Shown here one piece after another: positions 4,760-13,470 of a stretch of 13,606 nucleotides of DNA. This stretch comes from a bacterium (GTDB lineage Bacteria > Zixibacteria > MSB-5A5 > GN15 > FEB-12), in NCBI GenBank assembly GCA_043811375.1, contig JBDRNJ010000063.1, forward strand, positions 1-13,606, written 5' to 3'. Numbering within the stretch: the stretch's first letter is position 1; each line of letters starts with the position of its first letter. A model generated the notes under the pieces. The model searched no databases, was not told where the DNA came from, and was given only the letters and a program-made list of their open reading frames with translations. The position numbers were made by a program, and so were the translations under genes.

Positions 4760-7536
4760 TGTGTCCTCCCACTAAATGCCAAAGGCAAAGTTATGGTGAA
4801 TATTGTCGGTTCATCCAGTTCCGTTAGTTCGATATCGCCCACATGCTTCTCAGTAATCATACGGGCGAAGTAAAGACCTCGTCCAAGACCTGTAACGTCT
4901 TTGTCAGTTGCGTTTTCACCCCTGCCACCCATGTCGAAGATTTTCTCTCGATCCTCCTCTCTAACCCCTATCCCGATGTTCTGAACGCTTATTCTAACAA
5001 AACGGCCGCGAATAATGATGCGAACATCAATATCACGGCCATCGTGGGAGTACTTTATGGCATTGTGTATCACGTTGTAGAATGCCTGTTTCAACTTTTC
5101 TCGGTCCATTCTAACCTGAGATGGGGGAGCTGCTCTCGGATCAAAATTAATGTCGATATGTTTGTCTTTGGCCAGGTTTCGCAGAATTGAAACGACATCA
5201 GCGATATCCCACCGTGGATCTTCAATCTCCCACTCATATGTGGCTTCGCTATCGAGAGCGGCCCGACCGACTGTCAGGAACTGCAAGTGAACCGATTCCG
5301 ATCTAAGGAAGTCGCAGTAATCCAGCAACCTCCTTCTGGATACTCTCATAGTGGGGTCCACTTGCACCCCTTTTTCATCTAATCCATTCTTGTACCTGCG
5401 CAACATAACCTCCGCCATCGATACCAGACCGGCTAACGGCATGCCGAGTTCATGCCCAAGTGAAATGAGAAAATCATCCTTGCGTTTGATTTCCTGGGCC
5501 GATGCCATCGCCAGAGCAGCAAAATGCGCCAGTAGCTTGAATGTGCTCTTGAAGGATTTGGAAAAGGCGTTGGGTCTTCTATGTTGAGCACGAAGAACAC
5601 CAATAACGTCCTGATTGAGTTTCAGCGGTTCCATCAGGAGTGATTCGACAGGCCAACGGTTTTGCTCCTCTGGCAGCTTCACCCGATCCAGAGAAGACTT
5701 GTGATCAGCAAACTGATCGCGGCAGTCCGCTGAGAAGCTCTTACCGGTAATGACCACCAGTGCTGTCAGGCCGATTTCATTATCCCAACCAGGTTGATTC
5801 CGATCAATATCGAGGCTATAACTGAGTCTTTGAGACTTATCCTCTTCGTATCCCACCTGAGCTATAGATCCAAGGGTCATCTTCTCATCGTCCTTGAGGA
5901 ATAGATAAACGCCGGAGGCCCGCGACAAGTCCCTGACAACTTCAACTATGGATTGTGCAATTTCATTAATCTCGTATTCCTTGGCTGTTAGTGAAGCGGC
6001 AATTTTCAGGACAGCGGAGTCAACCTCATCTTTGCTACGTTCACCGTGAACAACTGCCGCTATCCGGGCGGCTACCTTCTCAACAAGTACCACGTCTGAA
6101 TCCGGAAAAGGAACGCGGCCATCTCCAAGCTTGTTACTGACCTGGATTACTCCGATTTCTTTATCCTCAAAAACCAGGGGCGCGAGAATGGCATTCCTGA
6201 TCTTAGCCTCCTTGCCCGTATGGCTCTGTATCACTTCTTCATATTTCGCCTTGTACTCCCACTGCACTTCACCAGTGACGTCCTCGTAGTCCGGAGTTTC
6301 GCGGAGGGACTCATAGTCGATAATGTTCAGAGCTTCCCGATTTGTGAACACCTTGCCTGTCATGTACTTCTGTGAGTGGTAGTCTTCCTCAAACAGGTTA
6401 TCATTGAGCACATCGGGGCAGTCCTTGATGTAACTGGCCCGCCTTTCCAACCTGCCGGTCGCGGTGGAATACAGCAGTATCTGGCACATCCCGGCCTCCA
6501 TTTCCATGCAGACCTCACGGGCAATTATGTCCAGTATTTCACCTGATGTTCTACGCTCGTTAATCACCTTACTGACACGGTCAAGAATACTCAGATTCAT
6601 TTCCGCTCTTATGGCCTGAATCGCCCCCGCGACGTATTCGGAGAAGTCCTCAAGAAGAGAAAGGTCTTCGCTGGTAACCGCTGTGTCTGTTCCCTTGTTG
6701 TCGATTCCCATCAAACCGATCAGCTCCCCACCCCCAACCAGAGGGAGATGCAGCCAGTGCGCTTCCTCAAGCCCTAATTCCAGTACTGCCCGGTTTCGCG
6801 GATCCTTGTTCAGAACATCTGGCCCGTACCTGATGCGAACCTTGTATGCGTCCTTTGGGCTCGAGTAGTATCTTTCACCCTTCAAGTAGAAACGGTAACC
6901 CCGTTCGTGCAAGTTATCCATATTGACCGAGTACCGCAGAACATAAAGATGATCCCTTTTCACAGTGTCGTTTATGACGTCATAAAACCTGATTCTGTGG
7001 TATCCAACTCGACGAAGTTCATCTACTATCAAGCGAACATGGACATCATAGAGATCACCTTGCCAAGGTGTAAAATCCAGTTCCATCCGCAACTTCGTCT
7101 TGATCTTTTCAATGAGTACTCGCTTCGTGATGTCTTTACATGCAACGACAGCCAACCGGCACTCCCCCCGCTCATCCCGCAGTGGTGTAACAGTCTCGGT
7201 GACGTAACGTTCGCTTCCATCGGGAGTGTGTACCCCGAAGTTCTCGATATGCCCTCTCGTTGCGCCTTTGTGAAGGACTTCAGTAACAGGGCAGTTCCTA
7301 CAGGGTTTGTCCTGCGGTCTCACCGGCAACACCGAATGACACTTGTAACCGACGAGTGGTCTATTGTATTGAGCATTTTTGGCATCGTTGGCAAAGATGA
7401 TTCTGTAATCACGGTCGACGATATAGATTTCGTGTTCGAGATGATTGAGAATATCGTAATACTTCTCGGCAATCTCGTAATGTTGCAGGAATTGGTAGCG
7501 CTCTCTGAACTGCGGTGAATCAAACGGCCCGGCCAT
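4756..7536 (-). CDS. Soluble multi-sensor histidine kinase (PAS, ~3 GAF, HisKA, HATPase_c)
   Basis: PAS (IYIVDRDYRIIFAN..VVACKDIT). GAF-like segments (LHLPLVGGGELIGLMGIDN; LAPLVFEDKEIGVIQVSN; LMEPLKLNQDVIGVLRA). H-box SLGHELGMPL, N-box NVIHNAIKYS, G1 QNIGIG, F-box KIFD, G2 GLGRGL. No transmembrane segment is evident. Confidence 0.92.
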   Translation of the reverse strand: MAGPFDSPQFRERYQFLQHYEIAEKYYDILNHLEHEIYIVDRDYRIIFANDAKNAQYNRPLVGYKCHSVLPVRPQDKPCRNCPVTEVLHKGATRGHIENFGVHTPDGSERYVTETVTPLRDERGECRLAVVACKDITKRVLIEKIKTKLRMELDFTPWQGDLYDVHVRLIVDELRRVGYHRIRFYDVINDTVKRDHLYVLRYSVNMDNLHERGYRFYLKGERYYSSPKDAYKVRIRYGPDVLNKDPRNRAVLELGLEEAHWLHLPLVGGGELIGLMGIDNKGTDTAVTSEDLSLLEDFSEYVAGAIQAIRAEMNLSILDRVSKVINERRTSGEILDIIAREVCMEMEAGMCQILLYSTATGRLERRASYIKDCPDVLNDNLFEEDYHSQKYMTGKVFTNREALNIIDYESLRETPDYEDVTGEVQWEYKAKYEEVIQSHTGKEAKIRNAILAPLVFEDKEIGVIQVSNKLGDGRVPFPDSDVVLVEKVAARIAAVVHGERSKDEVDSAVLKIAASLTAKEYEINEIAQSIVEVVRDLSRASGVYLFLKDDEKMTLGSIAQVGYEEDKSQRLSYSLDIDRNQPGWDNEIGLTALVVITGKSFSADCRDQFADHKSSLDRVKLPEEQNRWPVESLLMEPLKLNQDVIGVLRAQHRRPNAFSKSFKSTFKLLAHFAALAMASAQEIKRKDDFLISLGHELGMPLAGLVSMAEVMLRRYKNGLDEKGVQVDPTMRVSRRRLLDYCDFLRSESVHLQFLTVGRAALDSEATYEWEIEDPRWDIADVVSILRNLAKDKHIDINFDPRAAPPSQVRMDREKLKQAFYNVIHNAIKYSHDGRDIDVRIIIRGRFVRISVQNIGIGVREEDREKIFDMGGRGENATDKDVTGLGRGLYFARMITEKHVGDIELTELDEPTIFTITLPLAFSGRTQ

Positions 7537-7575
7537 AGTTACCTAACCCTCATATTACCCATACTTTCTACGACC

Positions 7576-7603
7576 AAGATACACTCTTTGGCAGGAAAAT
7601 CAA
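7576..7603 (-). promoter_or_regulatory. Candidate sigma70-type promoter for the kinase operon
   Basis: Minus strand TTGATT-N16-TATCTT, ending 40 bp upstream of ATG 7536. Confidence 0.4.
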
Positions 7604-7781
7604 GTTCGCCTCTCCCCTATTTCACCTCGCGCATTGCCTGCCAGAAAGGGTCCCAGACGGGCAGGACAATCGGGTCCTGCTTAAGGCGTTCGCGGTCCCT
7701 TTGGTCAAGGTGGCGCCGGTCTACCATTTGTCCTGATGCTGTTAGCAGCCCGGACATTTTGACCGGGTCGCTCTATTTGGG

Positions 7782-7810
7782 TTGATTTGGATGCAGCCAT
7801 ATCTTACATT
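7782..7810 (+). promoter_or_regulatory. Candidate sigma70-type promoter for the S9 peptidase
   Basis: TTGATT (7782-7787)-N17-TACATT (7805-7810). Confidence 0.45.
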
Positions 7811-7925
7811 TGGTCTTTCGCCGTGGTTTGGCTGATTTCGAGTCGCCTTAGGTCCGGCTCAGAGTCATCGGAATGGTCAGGCACGGCACTTGAACATACG
7901 CAACCCTGTTAACGGAGGAATGATT

Positions 7926-9863
7926 GTGAATCTGAGGAAAATGGTTATCACGACAGCATTGATTCTGCTTCTGGCAGGCATCATGGTAACATCCTGCGCT
8001 GTTCAGAGCGAGCCGGAATTGATTCCGACCGAAGTGCTGTTCGGCAACCCGGACAAAGCCAGTCCGAGGATATCACCGGATGGAATGATGATGTCGTTCC
8101 GCGCTCCGGTGGAAGGAGTAATGAACGTCTGGGTCGGCACTATTGGCAAGGATGACGCCCACCCGGTTACCGATGATACCCTGCGCGGTATCTGGCGCTA
8201 TTTCTGGAGCGGTGACAGCAAACACATCATGTACCTGCAGGATGACGGCGGCAACGAAAACTGGCTGCTCTGCCAGGTAGATATCGAAAGCTGCGAAACC
8301 AGTTGTATGACACCGTTTGAGAACGTGCAGGTTCAAATTATTGATCGCGATAAACATTTTCCCGATGAACTGCTGATTGCGATGAACAAGGAGAATCCAC
8401 AGGTACACGATGCCTACCATCTTGATCTTAAGACCGGCGATCTGACATTGATGGCAAAAAACCCCGGCAATATAGTTGGTTGGGTCACCGACACCGAGTT
8501 TAAGGTCCGTGGCGCCCTGGCGGCTAATGCTACCAGCGGTTTTGATCTGCTGGTCAGGGAGAACGATCAGGCTGACTGGACGACTCTCGTCTCATGGAGT
8601 TCCAGCGACGCTCTGACCAGCCAGCCGCTTGGTTTTACCAAAGAGGGTAACAGCATGTACCTGATCGATTCGCGCGACGTCAACGCCGGTCGTCTGGTTA
8701 AGATAAATGTGGCAACCGGTACAATTGAGGTTATCGCCGAGGATCCGCAATACGACGTCAGCGACGTCATGTTCAACCCGGATACATACGAGATTGAAAC
8801 GGTTACATTCACCAAAGATCGCAATGAAATTGTTATCCTGGACGAGTCGGTTCGAGTGGATATCGAGACGATCCGGGAACTGCATCACGGTGACCTGTTT
8901 ATCAGCAGCCGTGATGACGCTGACGACACCTGGTTGCTGGGGTTTGTTGCGGACGACGGTCCGATTCCCTACTACGCTTATGATCGCAACACCGGGGAAG
9001 CTGCTTTCCTGTTTATGCATCGACCGGACCTCAATAACTACACCCTGGCCCGGATGGAGCCGATTTCTTTCGTTACCCGGGACGGTCTGACAATCCACGG
9101 CTACATCACATTCCCTCCGGAGATGGAGAGGAATATGCTTCCGATGGTGCTCAACGTGCACGGTGGACCGTGGGCTCGTGACGTCTGGGGATACAACCCC
9201 GAAGCGCAATGGCTGGCCAACCGGGGGTACATCTGCCTGCAGGTCAACTTCCGCGGCTCCAGCGGCTACGGCAAGGATTTCATTAACGCCGGTGACAAGG
9301 AATGGGCGGGCAAGATGCATAATGATCTCATCGATGCCGTCAACTGGGCGGTAGAGAAAGGTTATGCCGATCCGGAAAAGATCGCCATCTACGGGTGGTC
9401 CTACGGAGGTTACGCGGCGCTGGTCGGCGCCACCTTCACGCCCGATCTCTTCACCTGTGCCATCGACGGCTGCGGTCCGAGCAACATCTCTACCCTGTTG
9501 CAGTCGATCCCCCCCTACTGGTCAGCCATGCTGGATATGTTCAAGTCCCGGGTCGGCGACTTCGAGACCGAAGAAGATTTCCTCAATTCCTGTTCGCCGT
9601 TGTTCAGAATCGACAGCATCAGGATTCCGATAATGGTTGTGCAAGGAGCCAACGATGTCCGTGTCAAACAGGCGGAAGCCGATCAGATTGTTGACGCCAT
9701 GAAAGAGAAAGGTCTTGACTACGAGTACATGTTATTTCCCGACGAGGGGCATGGTCTGGCCAGACCGGAAAACAAACTGAAGTTCTACGCCAAAGCGGAG
9801 CAATTTCTGGCCCGGCAGCTCGGCGGACGAGCCGAGGTTACCGCCGTTGACACCGAGCATTAG
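7926..9863 (+). CDS. S9 family peptidase (prolyl oligopeptidase / acylaminoacyl-peptidase-like), probable lipoprotein
   Basis: VHGGPW, NFRGSSGYG, catalytic GWSYGG, QGANDVRV and DEGHG. Hydrophobic signal ending in lipobox-like VTSC. SD GGAGG at 7914-7918 is best spaced for GTG 7926. Confidence 0.93.
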   Translation: MNLRKMVITTALILLLAGIMVTSCAVQSEPELIPTEVLFGNPDKASPRISPDGMMMSFRAPVEGVMNVWVGTIGKDDAHPVTDDTLRGIWRYFWSGDSKHIMYLQDDGGNENWLLCQVDIESCETSCMTPFENVQVQIIDRDKHFPDELLIAMNKENPQVHDAYHLDLKTGDLTLMAKNPGNIVGWVTDTEFKVRGALAANATSGFDLLVRENDQADWTTLVSWSSSDALTSQPLGFTKEGNSMYLIDSRDVNAGRLVKINVATGTIEVIAEDPQYDVSDVMFNPDTYEIETVTFTKDRNEIVILDESVRVDIETIRELHHGDLFISSRDDADDTWLLGFVADDGPIPYYAYDRNTGEAAFLFMHRPDLNNYTLARMEPISFVTRDGLTIHGYITFPPEMERNMLPMVLNVHGGPWARDVWGYNPEAQWLANRGYICLQVNFRGSSGYGKDFINAGDKEWAGKMHNDLIDAVNWAVEKGYADPEKIAIYGWSYGGYAALVGATFTPDLFTCAIDGCGPSNISTLLQSIPPYWSAMLDMFKSRVGDFETEEDFLNSCSPLFRIDSIRIPIMVVQGANDVRVKQAEADQIVDAMKEKGLDYEYMLFPDEGHGLARPENKLKFYAKAEQFLARQLGGRAEVTAVDTEH

Positions 9864-9888
9864 CTGTTTTATAACAGTCTACGAAAAT

Positions 9889-9936
9889 CATACAAAACCG
9901 GTCTCCCGACACGATTTGGGGGGCCGGTTTCGTATG
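9889..9936. terminator. Hairpin between convergent genes (probable intrinsic, possibly bidirectional, terminator)
   Basis: CATACAAAACCGGTCTCC..GGGGGCCGGTTTCGTATG imperfect inverted repeat with A and T runs in the arms, between the peptidase stop (9863) and the MATE stop (9969). Confidence 0.6.
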
Positions 9937-9968
9937 TTCCGATCCGTATCGTTTGCGGGATGGATACA

Positions 9969-11342
9969 CTACACCTTGATAGTCAGCCATCTCCCCCGTC
10001 GGTAGTAGATATAGAACGCCGCCGATGCGACAATACCGGAGCCGGAGATCGTCCACCAGATGGCCGTCTGGTCAAAGGCCAGGACCATCGTCAATAGATA
10101 AATCGGCAGGACCTCAAAGCCCCACGAGTGAACGATGTTGACTACCATGGCCGGAGTATTAAGACCCACACCGAGGTGAATTTCCTCAATCATAATGAAG
10201 ATACCGATAAACGGAAAACCGACGGCAAAGATCTTAAGCATAACGGTGCCGAATGCGATAGTGCTCTCAACCTCGAAGAACAGGCTCATGATGTCGCGTC
10301 CGAAAAGGAACGCGGCCAGTCCAAATAGAAGCATGATCCCTCCCCCCAGCAGTATTGCCTGGTCAGCAGTCTTTTTTGCTCGATCGTGCTTGCCTGCCCC
10401 AAGATTGTGCCCGATCAGCGAGGAGAGTCCCAGGCCGATCCCGACCAGGAGCATGATTCCGAGAGCGGTCACCTGATTGCCGACTCCGTATGCCGCCACG
10501 ACAGCAGTACCGAACGGAGCTACCATCCGGGTAATCACCAGTCTGGCTCCTGAAAACGACATGCTCCCCAACCAGGCCGGCACACCGATCTTCACTATCT
10601 TCCACATCGACCGGACCGACACCGCATCCTGTCCGTGTAGATGCAGTTTGACATGGGTGTGACCACCGTAGAACAGATATAAACCGATGCCGAACGTTAG
10701 CGTGTAGGACAGCACGGAAGCATAGGCTGCTCCCTCTATCCCCAACGCCGGGAAGCCCAGGTAGCCGAAGATGAAAATCGGATCGAGGACCATGTTCAAA
10801 GCGTTGGAACCCAACATCAGTATCATGGCCATGTTGGGATTGGCGACACCACGCATACCGGTGAAAATGGAGTAGGTGGCATACATGACAGCCATCCCGG
10901 CGAACATGATACAACCATAGCTCACCCCCAACTCCAAAGTTTCTCCCTCAGCACCGATAAACTGCAACATCTGACGTGCAAAGAAGAGACCCAGGATCCC
11001 AAAGACAGCCCCAAAAAACAGCTTCAGAATCAGTGTTTCCTTAATCGCCTTTTCAGCCTTGCCATACTCCTTTTCGCCAAAGCGGCGGGAGATAATCGCT
11101 ACTGAGCCGGGACCGACAAGTTGATTGAACGAGAAGAACAACCAGAGAATGCCGCTGAAAAATGTGATCGCGGCCACTCCGGATTCCTGCTGTGGCAGCC
11201 GTGATACCCAGTACATGTCCACCATGGAGTAGATATGCTGGGCCAGAAAACCGAACATCGACGGTAACCCCATCTTGATGATGGAATTGAATATGGAACC
11301 TTCGGTGTAGTCGGCGCGCTTTTTATCAATGGTGTCCGTCAT
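9969..11342 (-). CDS. MATE family efflux transporter
   Basis: YTEGSIFNSIIKMGLP..YSMVDMYWV, NMVLDPIFIFG..LGIEGAAYAS, FGTAVVAAYGVG; about 12 TM helices. ATG 11342 is preferred to TTG 11375. Confidence 0.92.
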   Translation of the reverse strand: MTDTIDKKRADYTEGSIFNSIIKMGLPSMFGFLAQHIYSMVDMYWVSRLPQQESGVAAITFFSGILWLFFSFNQLVGPGSVAIISRRFGEKEYGKAEKAIKETLILKLFFGAVFGILGLFFARQMLQFIGAEGETLELGVSYGCIMFAGMAVMYATYSIFTGMRGVANPNMAMILMLGSNALNMVLDPIFIFGYLGFPALGIEGAAYASVLSYTLTFGIGLYLFYGGHTHVKLHLHGQDAVSVRSMWKIVKIGVPAWLGSMSFSGARLVITRMVAPFGTAVVAAYGVGNQVTALGIMLLVGIGLGLSSLIGHNLGAGKHDRAKKTADQAILLGGGIMLLFGLAAFLFGRDIMSLFFEVESTIAFGTVMLKIFAVGFPFIGIFIMIEEIHLGVGLNTPAMVVNIVHSWGFEVLPIYLLTMVLAFDQTAIWWTISGSGIVASAAFYIYYRRGRWLTIKV

Positions 11343-11475
11343 AGCATTTCCAGATGAATTATAGAGGATACGCAATCTATTTCAGAAAATAAAGCATCAA
11401 ATAGGGTGCCACCACGTGCGGTCAGATATCTTCCACCCGACAACAGTGACATCACTGCGCCCAGTCCGGCAGTTT

Positions 11476-11484
11476 ATTTTAGCA
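11476..11484 (-). promoter_or_regulatory. Candidate extended -10 promoter element for the MATE gene
   Basis: Minus strand TGcTAAAAT, flanked by palindromes at 11444-11457 and 11504-11513. Confidence 0.35.
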
Positions 11485-11925
11485 TTGCAGACACAGTCTC
11501 AACAAGTTAACTTACTGTCGGACGAAACCTCAAACGAGCAGCCGTGTCAAAGATATTGGAGCGCCGGAAATGGGCAGGGATAATCAGGATAGCGACCGAA
11601 CCCGCACCCACATTGTCCTGGCCAGAGGAAAGATGGCCAGGCACAACTGGAATCGTAAATCACAAAAGTGATGCGGTAATTGTTCTTCGCTGTAGCGAAT
11701 TGCAGAAGCTACTGGTAATTGCCATGTAGAATACTGGGGGACCGGTATTACGTTAAGTGCAAAACTCGACTGCTCAGTGACAGTCCCCTTTGAAACGCTT
11801 CTGAGGGTGGCTTAAATGCCACTAAATCAGCCACTTATATATACACACCCCTGAACAATTCCGAGCAAAGCATTCTCAAGGGAGATTTTAGTTTCAGATA
11901 CCGGGATTCATATCGGCACCGGGAA

Positions 11926-11955
11926 TCGGGACATTTCGGGACATTTCAGAACATT
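11926..11955. repeat. Three tandem 10-bp direct repeats
   Basis: TCGGGACATT TCGGGACATT TCAGAACATT. Confidence 0.7.
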
Positions 11956-12099
11956 ATGGAAATCGGTCTGGAGTTCGAATTTACCGTATTGTCGCCCTGT
12001 AGGCGCCGGAGAGAGACAGGTTGAATCGGAGCTCATGTTCCCCCTGAAGCACGTCATGGAGCAGCCCATTTGCAACCAATTCGGTGCGGATGATGCGCC

Positions 12100-12822
12100 T
12101 TACCCCCCCAGGAAAGCCTTGCGAACGTCTTCATTCTCAGATAGGCTCTCGGCCGTGCCCTCCAAGCCTACGCGACCGATCTCAAAAACGTAGGCTCGAT
12201 GCGCCACCTCCAGCGCCATTCGGGCATTCTGCTCAACAAGAAGAATACTCGTGCCAGTTTTATTGATTTCGATAAGCTTGTCAAAAATCAAGTCAACAAA
12301 GTTTGGCGAGAGTCCAAGCGATGGTTCATCAGCCAGCAGCAGCTTTGGTTTGAGCATCAACGCCCGGCCAAGGGCAAGCATTTGTTGTTCGCCGCTGGAG
12401 AACGTTCCTGCTTTTTGGCGTACTCGTTCCTTCAACCGTGGGAAAAGATCGAACACTGTCTGGATATCATCTTGAACAGACTTTTTGTCAGACCTGGTGT
12501 ACGCCCCCATTTCGAGATTTTCCAGCACGGTCATAGTCGGAAAGACACGCCTTCCTTCCGGCATCAAGGCAATACCCTTTTCGACCAACTGATCAGTCCT
12601 GAGCCCGCCTATAGACCTTTCTTCAAACAGCATACTGCCGTTCTTGATTTGTCCCCCTGTGCTATCCAGTAATCCACTGACTGCCTTGAGCGAGGTGGAT
12701 TTGCCCGCTCCATTGGGACCTATCATCGCCACGATCTCGCCACCGTTAACGTGAAAGGATACGTCCTCAATAGCCTTCACTGCTCCGTAATAAACGGTCA
12801 GATTGCTGACTTCAAGCAGCAC
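12100..12822 (-). CDS. livF: Branched-chain amino acid ABC transporter ATP-binding protein (LivF-like)
   Basis: [81 protein letters not shown]. Confidence 0.92.
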   Translation of the reverse strand: MLLEVSNLTVYYGAVKAIEDVSFHVNGGEIVAMIGPNGAGKSTSLKAVSGLLDSTGGQIKNGSMLFEERSIGGLRTDQLVEKGIALMPEGRRVFPTMTVLENLEMGAYTRSDKKSVQDDIQTVFDLFPRLKERVRQKAGTFSSGEQQMLALGRALMLKPKLLLADEPSLGLSPNFVDLIFDKLIEINKTGTSILLVEQNARMALEVAHRAYVFEIGRVGLEGTAESLSENEDVRKAFLGG

Positions 12823-13470
12823 CAGATTTCCTCCTACCCAGGTAGGCTGCTATGACCGCCTCATCGTTTTGTATCTCCGCCGGTGTTCCTTCGGCAATTC
12901 TCTTTCCGTAGTTGAGCACAACGATTCGTTCGGAAATGTCCATGACCACTCTCATATCGTGCTCAATGAACAAGATCGTCTTGCCGGCATCTCTAAGTCT
13001 GAGGATCATACGTTTCATTTCCTGAACCATTTCAGGGAACAGCCCGGCCGTTGGCTCATCCAACAGCAGTAGCTCAGGGTCCAGTGCCAAGGCTCTGGCG
13101 ATTTCAACCAGCCGTCGCTGGCCGTGCGAAAGTTCTTGTCCCAAAGCGTCTCTTTTCCCCACCAGGCCGACCATTTTCAAATACTCAAGGGCCTTATCCC
13201 TGTTTTCATTGTCTTCTCGAACCATCTTTCGGGTGCGAAGCAGAGCCGCCCAGAGTCTTTCCCCTGTTGGGTACTTCAGCGCCAGCATGACATTTTCCAG
13301 CACCGACATCTGAGGGCATAAGCGGATGTTCTGGAATGTTCTACCAAGCCCCATCGCTGCAATTTTGTGTGGCGCCAAGCGGGTGATCTGTCTGGAGTTA
13401 AAATACACTTTGCCCTGATCTGGCTTCAAAAACCCCGTGATGACGTTGAACACGGTGGTCTTTCCGGCGC
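12812..13470 (-). pseudogene. livG: LivG-like ABC ATP-binding protein, 5' part cut off by an IS insertion in the Walker A motif
   Basis: Begins abruptly at the IS end with (G)GC GCC GGA AAG ACC ACC = G-A-G-K-T-T. Continues with [43 protein letters not shown] and [21 protein letters not shown]. Confidence 0.88.

Noticed and set aside
4960..4990. Kinase G1 box reads NIGIG rather than DxGxG (possible pseudokinase)
   Set aside because: NxGxG variants occur in many histidine kinases, and the H, N, F and G2 boxes are intact.
8592..9320. 242-aa antisense ORF, and similar shadow ORFs (547-993, 1524-2018, 3283-3876, 6907-7518, 10363-10914, 12199-12672)
   Set aside because: They overlap well-supported genes on the opposite strand or in another frame and show no protein motifs.
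11900..11955. CRISPR array or guide-RNA array
   Set aside because: Units are 10 bp and contiguous with no spacers, and there are no cas-like genes in the window.
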